Below are positions 1 to 10,464 of a stretch of DNA of 64,000 nucleotides, piece by piece. Every line of letters begins with the position of its first letter. The stretch's first letter is position 1. The position numbers were made by a program, and so were the translations under genes. The stretch covers positions 3,844,001 to 3,908,000 of the forward strand of contig CAKKNE010000001.1 in NCBI GenBank assembly GCA_918797485.1, read 5' to 3'. Under the pieces are notes generated by a model. It was given only the letters and a program-made list of their open reading frames with translations. It was not told the DNA's origin and did not search any database. The DNA comes from Pelagomonas calceolata (Eukaryota).

Positions 1-607
1 CGGGATCCCATGTTACGGAGCGGGGTCATGGCCTCAGATGACGGTCCTCAACGATAGCAGATGCCGCGAACGTGGCGGAGGGCGCCACACGGCTTGAGCG
101 GTGTCTGACGTCAAGGCGTGGCGTCGAGGCCCGTGCGACTCATCAAGTCAAGCAGTGGACGCGGACGCGCGTGCCCGGGTAGATAGAAGTGACGTAAGAC
201 CAAAAGCGCTTGAAACGATGGCCCTCAGGCCGCTGCAAATGGACGTTTGGTCCGGGGGTCTCGCGGAAAGTGCTCTGACGGGCCACCGCGAGGCTTCGAT
301 GCGAAATGGAGGGACGCAGGGCCTCAACAACTTCAATCTACCTGGACCAAACGCTAGAGCGCGAGGATTGACCGCTGAGATGTCTCCGTGGCTAGTTTCG
401 GAAGCGCGCTTCCGAATATCGAGCCATCGCCTGGAGCGCGCCCGGGACCATTGGGGAGCGCTTGACACGACTCAGTAACACTCCCTAGCGGGTATTTACT
501 TCATAGACGACGTGCCCGGCCGATTTGCGCGTTTAACGAATGGACCTGCGTCAGGAGCGAGAGATGCGCCTGGGAACGGTGGCGGCGGGCTCGTGATAAT
601 ACAGTTG

Positions 608-1874
608 TTAATGTACACAGAGCTCGTCGCAAACGTCACGCGTCAGCGCCGCCGCGAGGGAGTTCATGGGCAGCAGCTGGAACGGCTGTTCGAGCTCGAG
701 GCCAATCTGGTCGATGCCGACCATGACGTAGCTCGTCCCGAGCGTCGCCAGCGCCACCGCCGGGAGGGCGAGGCCGAGGGACTCGAGTCCGAGAGGCACG
801 CACGCGAGCCCTGCGTCGCGTCGATGGCGTAAGGTGGCGTAGATCCGGCGTCACGCCATCGCCGCGACCGTCGAATCGAAGGCATCTCGGAGGACGCCGC
901 AACGCGCAGGACAACAACACGCGCGACGTGTGTCGAGTGATCGTCGGCGGCACGGGACTCGCCAGCAACCGCTCGCACACGCCGATTTGCGCCTGTGTAG
1001 AAATCAAATTTCGCGGCTGAATCATCGCGTCGACCTCCACGCCATCGACGCAATGTCTGCTCGTTTCTACACAGATTTGCGCATTGAGGCTGTGGAGCTG
1101 CGTCAGGAGCGAGAGGTGCGCCTGCGCATCGAGCCGCCCCGCGGCCACCTCCTCGGCGACGACAGCGTGGGCGCCGCGCAGCAAGGCGACCGGTCGCTTC
1201 CGCGCCGCGAGCACCGTCTCCGCCGTCGCCGGCGGCAGCATCGTGCTCACTACATCTGAATCGTCCTCGCCGGCCCGCAAGCTCGCCTTCAGGCACCACC
1301 CGAGCACTGCTAAATGTCGGCAAATCGCCTCGGCGGGCGCGGCGGCGCAGTACGTCGCCGCTAGACCCGCAGTCTCTCGCGCGTGCAGCACGAGCCGGCC
1401 CCACGCGAGTCTAGATTCCTGGAGGCGCAGGAGAGAAAGATTCATTCGCAGCGTCAGAAGCAGCGCGACGGCCGAGCTGATCAGCGTGAGGGGCGCGAGC
1501 GGCGCAGAAAAGTTTGGGAAATACCGAATGCGCAGCGCGTGCGCCAAGCAGGACCAGAGCGAGAACGCGACGCAGACCGGCAGCACGAGGCGGGCCGTCG
1601 TGCTCCGCGGCCACTTGCGCAAATGTCTCCAGTAGCGGCCGACCTTCTGATGTCGAGCCCACGTCTCGAGATCCCAGAGGCGGCTGATTGTCGACTCTCC
1701 CGGCGACACTAATTCTGAGCGAGAGGTGTCGACGCGTCGTAGGTCGAGCACGGCATCGGCATCGGTGCGGAGCGACGACTTGAGACGCGTCGGCAAGCGT
1801 TGCGGTGTGCGAGGGAGCAGCCCTGCTGCACTTCTCAAGAGCAGTGCTAGAGGTAGCGAACGAGTACTAGGCAT
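608..1874 (-). CDS. Bestrophin (RFP-TM) family anion channel, probably plastid-targeted; 3 exons (introns 1082-993 and 907-811)
   Basis: Motifs LLLTLRMN..E.R..WG, CERLLASPVP...RHTSR, GIDQIGLELEQPF. Removing two GC-AG introns joins ORFs 636..1904 and 608..799. Hydrophobic N-terminus from ATG 1874. Confidence 0.85.
993..1074. mobile_element. Introner element (non-autonomous TIR DNA transposon forming an intron)
   Basis: Perfect 11-bp TIR CTGTGTAGAAA/TTTCTACACAG and perfect 8-bp TSD ATTTGCGC (985-992, 1075-1082). Splicing from GC (TSD) to CAG (TIR) restores NAQIG. Confidence 0.92.
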
Positions 1875-1974
1875 AATGAAGATCTTTTTTATAGACCTCT
1901 CCACGAGAATTAATGACGCCTAGCGAACCAAGAATGCTTGCATCATCTGACAAAGTGTGTTGCCGTATAATCAA

Positions 1975-1996
1975 CTAGCGTGATCGACACACTAGC
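1975..1996. promoter_or_regulatory. Degenerate copy of the bipartite CTAG promoter-associated motif
   Basis: CTAGCGTGATCGACACACTAGC between divergent genes. Confidence 0.45.
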
Positions 1997-2179
1997 ACCA
2001 ATGAAAGACAGCTGCGTCGTAGTTGAATAGCTGCAAAAACGGGCAGCACAAGGCATCACTGCACCGCCAGAGACTGCAAAAATCGAGGCGTCGTAGTTTA
2101 ACAGCCACCGTGGTATTAGGCTTATCGCTACACCAGTGCAGCATCAAGGCATCACTGCACCGCCAACGAGCGAAGAAGC

Positions 2180-4048
2180 ATGCGCGTGATGCTCTTCGCG
2201 GCCACAGGAGCGCTGCGCTGCAGCAGCCTTCGCCTGAGCGCGCTGCGCACCAACGCTGCACGCCGCGGCGTCGCGTTGCATGCCACAACTTCGGCCGCGC
2301 GCCAGGCGCGGCGCGCGGCGGCACTAAACGACGCGTCGAATCCCTACGCCGGCAAGACCGTCGCGGACCTCAAAGTTTTGCTAAAGGAGCGGGGGCTGCC
2401 CGTGTCGGGCGTCAAGAGTGCGCTCCTCGAGCGGCTCGCGGCCAGCGACGGAGGTGCATTGGCTGCGACCCCGCCGCGACGTGCTGACCCAGCCCTGAAG
2501 ACGGTGGAAGCGGCCGAGGCACCGCCTCAAACTGTACCGAAGAAGAGCGAGCCCACGGGCCGGCCCTTCGCGACGCTCGGCCTGAGTTCGCGCCTCGCCG
2601 CGAATTTAGAAAGCCAATTAGGAGCGGACGCGCGCATGACGCCGATCCAGGAACTCGCGTTTCCCGCGGCGCGGCGCGGAGACGACGTCGTGGCAAGGGC
2701 GCAGACGGGCACGGGCAAGACGCTCGCGTTTCTAGTTCCGAGTCTGGAGCGCCTCGAGACCGACCTCAACAACAGGCGGCCGGCTTTGGTGGTACTGTCG
2801 CCGACGCGCGAGCTCGCGCAGCAGATCCACGCCCAGGCTATGAGCCTCTGCGAGGGTTTGGGGCTGCGGTGCGGCTGCGTCGTCGGCGGCACGAGCAAGG
2901 GCGGGGACCTGCGGCGACTGCGGCGCGGCGTTGATGTATTGTGTGCGACGCCGGGGCGGCTCTGCGACTTGCTGGGCGAGGACGCGAAATTACTGAGGGG
3001 CACGAAAACACTAGTGCTCGACGAGGGCGACCGCTTACTGGACGAGGGTTTTGAAAGGCAGCTCTCGCAGATCATCGAGGCGTCTTCTAGATCTCGTCAG
3101 ACGCTGTGCTTTTCTGCTACCATGCCGGCGGACCTCAAGCGCATGCTCGACTCGGGCGCGGTCCGCTCGGAATACGAGCGCGTCGACGCTACTGGCGCCG
3201 CTGGTTCAGTCGATCAGACGGCCTCAAGGGTGGATCTGCGGCGCGTCGCGCTACCAAAAGGCGCGGACGCGCTGGGCGCCCTCGCGAACGTCCTCAAGAA
3301 GCACAGGGAGGGCCGCGCGGGGTCCAAGGTCGTCGTGTTTCTTCCCACGACGGCCGCGGCCGAGCTGGCGTCGGCCTACCTCGCGAACCGAGGGCTCAGC
3401 AACGCCGCGTTGCACTCGCGCAAGTCCCAGGGCTACCGGACGCGCACGTCCAATGAATTCCGCGACGCCGACGTCGCGCGGGAGCACGCTCTTTTAGTTG
3501 CCACTGATGTTGCGGCGCGCGGGGTTGATTATCCAGGTGTTTCATTAGTCGTACAAGCCGGCACGCCCGACAACCGCGAGCAGTTCGTACATCGCTCGGG
3601 GCGAACCGGCCGCGCGGGCACCGCCGGCGAAGCAATACTACTCGTGGAGGACTGGGAGTTCGCGCTGGCGAGCGATATGCTGTCGGACGTGAAAATGCTG
3701 GACATAGACGCGACAGAATTCCTCGACGCCGTGGCCGACGATTCGCAAAAGGCGATGAACCGCGTTATGCCGGACATACGGAGAAAGGCCTACGTGGGCT
3801 GGCTCGGCCACACGAACGCGCGGTGCAAGACGCTCGGCTGGTCGAAGCAGGAGCTCGTCGACCGCGCGAACGCCATGGCGCGCGAGGACTACCTCCTGCG
3901 CGAGACGCCGTCGCTGACGCCGCGCGCGGTCGGCTTCATGGGTTTGAAGAAAGTTCAAAACCTCCGCGTCGAGAAGCCACCGCCGCGGCAGAACCGCGGC
4001 GCGCCGGCGCCTGGGCGCCGCAAGCAGTCTCGGAAGCCGCGGCGCTAG
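2180..4048 (+). CDS. DEAD-box RNA helicase (MSS116/RH25-31-like) with N-terminal SAP domain, probably organelle-targeted
   Basis: Q motif, AQTGTGKT, SPTRELA, TPGRL, DEGD, SAT, ARGVD, HRSGRTGR. SAP motif KTVADLKVLLKERGLPVSGVKSALLERL. Confidence 0.92.
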   Translation: MRVMLFAATGALRCSSLRLSALRTNAARRGVALHATTSAARQARRAAALNDASNPYAGKTVADLKVLLKERGLPVSGVKSALLERLAASDGGALAATPPRRADPALKTVEAAEAPPQTVPKKSEPTGRPFATLGLSSRLAANLESQLGADARMTPIQELAFPAARRGDDVVARAQTGTGKTLAFLVPSLERLETDLNNRRPALVVLSPTRELAQQIHAQAMSLCEGLGLRCGCVVGGTSKGGDLRRLRRGVDVLCATPGRLCDLLGEDAKLLRGTKTLVLDEGDRLLDEGFERQLSQIIEASSRSRQTLCFSATMPADLKRMLDSGAVRSEYERVDATGAAGSVDQTASRVDLRRVALPKGADALGALANVLKKHREGRAGSKVVVFLPTTAAAELASAYLANRGLSNAALHSRKSQGYRTRTSNEFRDADVAREHALLVATDVAARGVDYPGVSLVVQAGTPDNREQFVHRSGRTGRAGTAGEAILLVEDWEFALASDMLSDVKMLDIDATEFLDAVADDSQKAMNRVMPDIRRKAYVGWLGHTNARCKTLGWSKQELVDRANAMAREDYLLRETPSLTPRAVGFMGLKKVQNLRVEKPPPRQNRGAPAPGRRKQSRKPRR

Positions 4049-4113
4049 TTTATAGTTACCTGTAAAGTCTAATTCGTTCGTAAATCATACACGGTAAATG
4101 ACTGCAAGGAAGC

Positions 4114-4938
4114 TTACGCCGTCCGCGGCGACCGCCCCCCCGCCGCCGCGGCCGACCGCGCGACGATCTCTCCCACTGCACGGTGGTCGACGGGGTTTTC
4201 GGCCAGGGTCCGTAGAAAGCCGACGGCCAGCCCCAGCGGCCGCGCGCCGAAGGCCTCGCACACCTCCGGGTCGTCCGCAATCTCATCCGCGACAGCGTTC
4301 GCCGTCGACTGGACGCAGCGACTCAAGGCCGCGCGGAGGGCGGCGGCCTGGCGTTCGGACAACCGCGGCGCCGGCGACCTAGGCGACCGCGTGCGTGCGG
4401 GAGAACGCGTTTTTGGAGGAGGCGCGCCGCCGAACGCCGGCGACCGCGCGCCCCCCGCAAAGGCCGAGGCGTCATCGTCGTCCGAGGCGTCGTCGTCCTC
4501 CGGGATCTCCTCGGAGCCCTCCTGGACCTCGCGCTCCTCGTCAATCGGTGCGTTTTGCTCCGTGCGGAGCTCCCTGAGTTTTTTGAGAGCAGACCCCGGC
4601 GACAGGCCCTTCAGGGCGTCCGACGAGGGCAGGGGCTTCCGGGGCACCGACGCGAGCGGCAGCGGCGAGACGGCCTCGACCACAGAGGGCGGCGGCGGCG
4701 GCAGCGTCGACGCCTTCGGCTCCGGCGGCTTTAACCTCTCCTGCGCCGCGGCGACGCAGCTGGTCGTGAGCTTTTGCGTTTGCTCCAGGAAGGCCTCGCG
4801 GTCCGTCGCGTTGAGCAGTAGGTCGAGCTCTTGGAGCGCACGGTCGCGGTGGGGCGTGGACCGCCGCGGCGGCATGCCGCGCCGGACGACGACGACGCGC
4901 GGCCTCTCTGTTTGTGTGCGCTCCATGAGCTGGGCCAT
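4114..4938 (-). CDS. Hypothetical protein
   Basis: 274-aa ATG ORF with typical codon usage, convergent with the helicase; no family recognised. Confidence 0.55.
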   Translation of the reverse strand: MAQLMERTQTERPRVVVVRRGMPPRRSTPHRDRALQELDLLLNATDREAFLEQTQKLTTSCVAAAQERLKPPEPKASTLPPPPPSVVEAVSPLPLASVPRKPLPSSDALKGLSPGSALKKLRELRTEQNAPIDEEREVQEGSEEIPEDDDASDDDDASAFAGGARSPAFGGAPPPKTRSPARTRSPRSPAPRLSERQAAALRAALSRCVQSTANAVADEIADDPEVCEAFGARPLGLAVGFLRTLAENPVDHRAVGEIVARSAAAAGGRSPRTA

Positions 4939-5314
4939 GGTTATGCGTTTGGGCTGCCTTTACTGCCAGTTTGCTGCCTCAAGAAGAGGCTGTGCAACGG
5001 ACGCCACGGACGCCAGAGAATCGAAAATTTTCACGGAAAGGTCTCTGGGGGGCTCCTGCAGAGCCCTCCTTGCGCGTGCATGGCTGAGCCTATTAAATTT
5101 TAATTCAAATCGAAGAAAATCGGGAGCAGCAAAATTAGCCGCCGCTGCGCGACAGCTTCTTTCCGCTCAAAACCTCCCTTGCACGGCGTTTAAGGAGCTG
5201 TAATCGAAGCATTACAGCGCCGACGCCTTCATCTTGGACGGAGAGCAATTGCCGCCGCCTTAAAGCGCGTATTACCCGCGATCCACAAAGTCTTTCAAAC
5301 CAGCAGAGGCCAGT

Positions 5315-7057
5315 ATGCGCGCCCTACTCGCCCTCACGGCGCTGGCGCCGGCGCTAGCTTTGATGAAGCCGCCCACGAACCCTTTGTTAGACGACGCGAA
5401 GCAATTACTAGGCAACGCCGGCAAATTTGCTCAGAAGAAAGTAGCCACGACGCTCGAAGACCTCGCGGCCCTGCCGGAGAAGACCAAGAAGGACGCGCAA
5501 TCCGCGCGACTCAAGCGCGCCTCCCAGTCGCGACAGAAGGCCCCCGATCAATTAAGCGCAGAACAGATCGCGAAGTACGAGGCCCTCGGCCTATCGTACG
5601 AGGACGGCGCCTGGAAGCGTAGTACAAAACGCCACGAGGCCTACAACGAGGAGAACGACATCTCCATATATGCGAGGACGGCGGAGCCCGACGTCTACGA
5701 CGTGGAAAGGTGGCAGGACGACGCGGCTGCGGAATTCGAGGACGAATTTATTGTTGATCAGTACATGCCGCGGCGGAAGCGGCGCTTCGTGCCCAAGCAA
5801 GCCGTCGCGGAGGAAGAGGTCGAGGTGAGCGAGGATCTTACTAGGTTAGGCTTCCGGAACGACAACGGCAAGTGGTCGCGCACGGCGCCGCGCACTGGTG
5901 CTAGAACAGTTGTGATAGAAGGCTCGAGAGGACGCACGCTGGAGGTCAAGGCCACGACGGAGACGGATTTACATGCTATATCAAGATTAGAATACATCCT
6001 GACCTGGTCCCAACTGGAAACGCCGCAGAATATTTGGGACGCCTCATTAAGAATTGCGCGGGACCCGTCGTTTGTTTTCGTGTGGGCGGCTGCTACGGCT
6101 AGACTGGGGTTGCTGTTTTCTCAACAGTATGGATTGGACGACTTCTTCTCCACGGAACAGTTGACCCTCGACGCGTCTCCCGAGATTTTAGTGGCCGGCT
6201 CCATCTTCGTGCTAGCCGCCTACGCGCGGAAGGCGCACTGGAGCGGGTCGAGCGGGCCCCTGACCGTCGGTGCTCTCGAAAGATCTATCGCGGACGGCTG
6301 GTTCACGGGCTTCAGCCGCGCGCCGGACACGCCCCAGGGCCGCAAGGAGAACGGTCTGCCTTACGCCATGGTTGCTTCGTTATTAACCTTATTGGCGGCG
6401 GCACCTCGAGTGGAAATCCTCCACCACTACCTCCAGAATCGATTAGAAGCGGACATCGCGGCGGCGATGCCTTTGTTCATCGTCGAGGACCAAACGCTGT
6501 GCGCGCTGGCCGTGTCGGCCCTCGCTATTGTGGGGTGCGGCGGCGTCGCTGGAGCGATGGAGTACTTTTCGCTGAACTGGGCGCGGCCGCCGCCCACATT
6601 TTCTGACGAGAAGAACGCCATCGCCGACGCCTTGGAGACCGATGCTTTATCTGCCCGAACGCTCGAAGCGCGGGCGGACAAGTGCGACGCCCAAAGGGAT
6701 GGCCCGGCCGTCAAGAAGTGTTATGATCAAGCCGCCCAACGCGCTTTAGATGAGGGCGAGGCCTTCGAGCGCGTCGCGGACGCGTGGTTGATGCACTTCC
6801 ACGACACGTCGACGGCCGACGTCGAGGTCGACGACCGGGCCCGTGAAACAAAAAGCTACCCGGCGGTCGCCGCGGCGTTCGTGTCCGGGGCTTCGGCGGC
6901 TGCGGCGTACGCTGCAGGCGGCTTAGCGGCGCCGTTGGCTTTACACGCCGCTGGGTCCGTCGTGGACGCTATTATTCCGACGCCGGCCGACGTGCTGAAG
7001 CCCAAGAAAGCCACGTTCGACGTCGACGCCGTGTTGCCCAAGACCGCGACGCCGTGA
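5315..7057 (+). CDS. Hypothetical membrane protein with signal peptide (possibly plastid)
   Basis: 580-aa ORF, MRALLALTALAPALAL signal, several hydrophobic segments. Confidence 0.7.
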   Translation: MRALLALTALAPALALMKPPTNPLLDDAKQLLGNAGKFAQKKVATTLEDLAALPEKTKKDAQSARLKRASQSRQKAPDQLSAEQIAKYEALGLSYEDGAWKRSTKRHEAYNEENDISIYARTAEPDVYDVERWQDDAAAEFEDEFIVDQYMPRRKRRFVPKQAVAEEEVEVSEDLTRLGFRNDNGKWSRTAPRTGARTVVIEGSRGRTLEVKATTETDLHAISRLEYILTWSQLETPQNIWDASLRIARDPSFVFVWAAATARLGLLFSQQYGLDDFFSTEQLTLDASPEILVAGSIFVLAAYARKAHWSGSSGPLTVGALERSIADGWFTGFSRAPDTPQGRKENGLPYAMVASLLTLLAAAPRVEILHHYLQNRLEADIAAAMPLFIVEDQTLCALAVSALAIVGCGGVAGAMEYFSLNWARPPPTFSDEKNAIADALETDALSARTLEARADKCDAQRDGPAVKKCYDQAAQRALDEGEAFERVADAWLMHFHDTSTADVEVDDRARETKSYPAVAAAFVSGASAAAAYAAGGLAAPLALHAAGSVVDAIIPTPADVLKPKKATFDVDAVLPKTATP

Positions 7058-7129
7058 AGTGTTCATAGAAACGCGCTATCTCTCTCCAGTGTAAATATCT
7101 AGTACTTTATTCAATGGGAAGGGAAGAAT

Positions 7130-8260
7130 CTAGTTGTCGTCGGCGCAGTACGCGCAGAAGTGCAAGTCCACCGGGAATTCCTCGGGGTAGAGCGCCGGCC
7201 CGAGCGCGTAGGTGCAGTACGCCTCCCTGTCCGTGCCGGCGTTGGCGCAGACGTTCCCGTCCTTGGACGGGCCCTTGCAGAGATGCTTCCCGTGCTTGCC
7301 GAACTCGGGACCGATGTCGCCGTCCGAGGGTCTGTGTTCCATCTCGCGGTCCTCGACGACGACGACGTTCTTCAAGAGGCAAGACACGGGTTGGCCTTGG
7401 TGCATCATGTCGACTGGCGTGTCCGGCTCTTTCAGCGGCACGCGGCAGCGCGCACAATGCGTGTCGCTCTCTTTGCCGACCTCGTAGTTGCACGTGTACT
7501 CGAAGTGATCGAGCCACATCTCGGCGCCCGGGGCCACGTCGTTCGAGCACACTTCGCCTTCGGCGTCCTCGCCTTTCTCGCACGTTTCCTCTTTGAACGT
7601 AGACTGGACGACGTTCTCGCCGCGGCACGGCACGCCGTTGATGAGGACGTCCTTGACCGGAGCGCTTGAGCAGGGCGTCTCCCAGTCGCGCACACACGAC
7701 TGCGTGCGATCGCACCAGCTAAAGCCGGCAGATCCCTTGCACCCATGAGTATCGAGATCCGAGCCGGGCGGCATCGACGCGAGCACGCAGGTCTTGAAGA
7801 TCGAGTCGCTCTTATACGTCGGCTCGTCGGAACCGAATTGGGCGTAGCAGCCGCCGGTGCCCGAGTCTTCGATGGTCGCGATCGTCGCGTCCGGGTAAAA
7901 TTCCCGCACCATGGCAATGCACTGCCACGGAGAGCTTGCGTAGCCGACCCGGTGTTGGCCTTTGGCGTTGCCGTTCGATCTAACCCAATCGCACGTGTCC
8001 CAGCCCGGCGCCGGGAGATCATTCTTGCTCGAGAGCGAGGCGGCCGAGTCATCATCAACGAGGTCGTAGGCCACGCTGCTCGCGAGCGAGGCGGCCGGCT
8101 GCGCCACCGCCGCGACGCCAGCCGACGTGGCAGTGGCGACCACCGCACCGAGGATGAAAGCTACAACAGCGGCGCCGGCGACGAGAAGCTTGAGGTTCGA
8201 CGATGTCTTCTTGGGCTTGAGGTACGTCTGATCATCAGGCACGGCTGAAATGGCAGACAT
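7130..8260 (-). CDS. Type II membrane, Cys-rich extracellular protein
   Basis: 376-aa ORF, N-terminal KPKK + TM helix, many Cys, DTHGCKGSAGFSWC motif. Confidence 0.75.
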   Translation of the reverse strand: MSAISAVPDDQTYLKPKKTSSNLKLLVAGAAVVAFILGAVVATATSAGVAAVAQPAASLASSVAYDLVDDDSAASLSSKNDLPAPGWDTCDWVRSNGNAKGQHRVGYASSPWQCIAMVREFYPDATIATIEDSGTGGCYAQFGSDEPTYKSDSIFKTCVLASMPPGSDLDTHGCKGSAGFSWCDRTQSCVRDWETPCSSAPVKDVLINGVPCRGENVVQSTFKEETCEKGEDAEGEVCSNDVAPGAEMWLDHFEYTCNYEVGKESDTHCARCRVPLKEPDTPVDMMHQGQPVSCLLKNVVVVEDREMEHRPSDGDIGPEFGKHGKHLCKGPSKDGNVCANAGTDREAYCTYALGPALYPEEFPVDLHFCAYCADDN

Positions 8261-8268
8261 TTTGCTTC

Positions 8269-8288
8269 AGAGAGAGAGAGAGAGAGAG
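8269..8288 (+). repeat. (AG)n microsatellite upstream of the 8260 gene
   Basis: About 10 AG units, plus a shorter run near 8315-8325. Confidence 0.8.
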
Positions 8289-8588
8289 TTTGCTTGAAAT
8301 TGCTTCAGACTCGTAGAGAGAGAGATGGATTGCGCGTGTGTAATCGATCGTAGTCGATCGTATGCGATCGTCCGAGTACTGGAATCAGGGATGGACGCGC
8401 TTTATTTCGTTATTTTCACGCTCGAGGCGACGAGCACGCTTTTTGCTCATTCCACGACGCTAGAGTGTCTTTCTCTCGCCAAACAGAAGCGTCGGGGTCT
8501 ACCTGGGGGTGGGTTCAATAAGCGACTCTCACTCTTTCTCACAAACAATAACTCATACTTCATAGACAATACATTACACCCGCCGCTA

Positions 8589-10151
8589 CTACACGACAAG
8601 CTCGTCGCCCGCCGAGGGAATCAGGGGGCTCTCGATGCCCGCGAGCCGCTCGCCCGACGCGAAGTACCGCTCGATCTCCTCCAGCGAGAGGCCCTTGGTC
8701 TCGGGCACGCGCGCGCGCACGAACTCCAAGGCGTAAAGAGCGATCGCCGCGAACGCGGCGAAGAGCACCGACATGGCCCACGCGTCGCCGACGACGTGTT
8801 TCAGCGCGTCGCGCGCCACGGGGAACAGCAATGCAACAACCATATTGGAGGCGAAGTTCGCTTGGACGGCCAGCGCGACGGCCTGCCCGCGCACCTCGAG
8901 CGGGAACAGCTCACTGATCAACAACCACGCGATCGGCCCGAAGGAGATCTGGTAGGCCGCGATGTACAAAAATATCAGGCCAATAATACCGACCTTGCGC
9001 GGCGTGAAGCCCGAACCTTCTCCCTCAAAGCCGTGAAACGCGACCGCGAGCCCCAGCAGCGCCACGACCATGAGGCTAATGCCGACGAACAACAACTTGC
9101 GCCGCCCGTGCTTGTCGACCGTCGCCACGGCGCCCAGCGTCGCGACGAGCTTGAACACGCCGACCGCGACGGAGGCCACGGCGCCGACGCCCGCCGCGTC
9201 GAAGATCGCGCCGGCGTAATACAAGACCGAAGGCTGGCCCGTAAATTGCTGGAGGAGGACCACGCCGATGCCGGCCGTGAGGGCCCGCCGGTAGCGCCGG
9301 TCCCCGAGCCTCGGCGGCGGCGCATTGCTGCGCGACTCCGAGGCCACGGCGAGCTCCTGGGCGGCGGCGTCGCGGGCGTCTACATCATTTGGGTACACGA
9401 ACGCCAGGCTCGCGACGGCCTCGACGGCCTTACCCCTCAGCGCGAGCCAGCGCGCCGACGGTGGGAGCGACTGGGCCCCGACCAGGAGAAGCAACGAAGC
9501 GGGCAGGGTCCAGCCGTAGGCCCAGCGCCAGCCGCCGTCCTTTTCTGAATAGGCATATCCCACGCCGTAGCCCAGGCAGATGCCCAGGACGATGGCCGCC
9601 TCTTTGAGAGAGACTAGCGTTCCTCGGATGGACGCGGGCGACATCTCGGCGATGTACGCGGGCGCGCCGTGCCTGTGTGTGTACGATCGATGACGTCGTG
9701 ACGTCTCCGCGATGGCGTGAAGGCGGCTTCTTCGGACGCCGGGTACGCGCATGGCGAAGCCGCACCCGGCCCCGTAGACGACTCGACCGAGGAGCAGCAG
9801 CGCCAGGCCGGTCGCTTCAGTAGTGCCGAAGCCAGACGCGACCTCCAGTACAGCGCCCGCGACGTACAGCAACGCGGCCAGAATCAGTTCGCGGCGGCGG
9901 CCGATCGCGTCGGCGACGCGAAATACAATCGCCGCGCCAATGAGTGCGCCCGCGACGCCGCCGCTCGTTATCAAACCCTGCAGGAAGCTCGAGCCCGCGA
10001 CGGCGCCGCTCCAGCTCACGCCACTGTACTCGGCTGACTGGAGCTGCGTCAGCACATAACTTGTTGCGCCGATGTCCCAGCCGAAGAGAAGACCGCCGAG
10101 GGCCGGCACGCCAAAAATGCGTGCCACGGCCGGCCGTGAGTAGCCTGCCAT
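8589..10151 (-). CDS. MFS sugar porter (D-xylose/proton symporter-like, VGT/XylE-type); one in-frame GC-AG intron 9750-9673
   Basis: GGLLFGWD, GRR, YIAEMSP..RG, QQFTGQPSVLYY, VDKHGRR, SFGPIAW..SELFP, PETKG. The 78-nt intron interrupts GFAM|HGAP. Confidence 0.92.
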   Translation of the reverse strand: MAGYSRPAVARIFGVPALGGLLFGWDIGATSYVLTQLQSAEYSGVSWSGAVAGSSFLQGLITSGGVAGALIGAAIVFRVADAIGRRRELILAALLYVAGAVLEVASGFGTTEATGLALLLLGRVVYGAGCGFAMRVPGVRRSRLHAIAETSRRHRSYTHRHGAPAYIAEMSPASIRGTLVSLKEAAIVLGICLGYGVGYAYSEKDGGWRWAYGWTLPASLLLLVGAQSLPPSARWLALRGKAVEAVASLAFVYPNDVDARDAAAQELAVASESRSNAPPPRLGDRRYRRALTAGIGVVLLQQFTGQPSVLYYAGAIFDAAGVGAVASVAVGVFKLVATLGAVATVDKHGRRKLLFVGISLMVVALLGLAVAFHGFEGEGSGFTPRKVGIIGLIFLYIAAYQISFGPIAWLLISELFPLEVRGQAVALAVQANFASNMVVALLFPVARDALKHVVGDAWAMSVLFAAFAAIALYALEFVRARVPETKGLSLEEIERYFASGERLAGIESPLIPSAGDELVV

Positions 10152-10392
10152 TTACTTGCGATGGCACTATTCTCGTCGCAGTGATAGCACGAGGTCTTCA
10201 CGTATCGCTGCGCGAGCGTTTGCGTAGTGTGTGCTGCACAGTCACACACTTGTAGACAGTGATGACAGCAAGCACTGGGGCCGACAATCCCACGGATGCT
10301 TATCAGAGGATGTGGATGCGCGGTCGCGCACACGTGTAGAGCGCGAACGGGCGGCTGGCGCAGCGCTGGGGTGGTGCTCCGGCAAGAATAAA

Positions 10393-10416
10393 GCTAGCGG
10401 CCCGTAAGACACTAGC
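10393..10416. promoter_or_regulatory. Bipartite CTAG promoter-associated motif
   Basis: GCTAGCGGCCCGTAAGACACTAGC upstream of the sugar porter. Confidence 0.55.
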
Positions 10417-10464
10417 ATCGAAAAACGCCGCCGCCGCGACGGCTCGGTATTATTCACAACGAAC

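Noticed and set aside
101..478. 125-aa ORF at the window start; shares ATGGCCCTCAGG with the ORF at 12092
   Set aside because: No recognisable family, the start is unclear, and a 12-nt match is compatible with chance.
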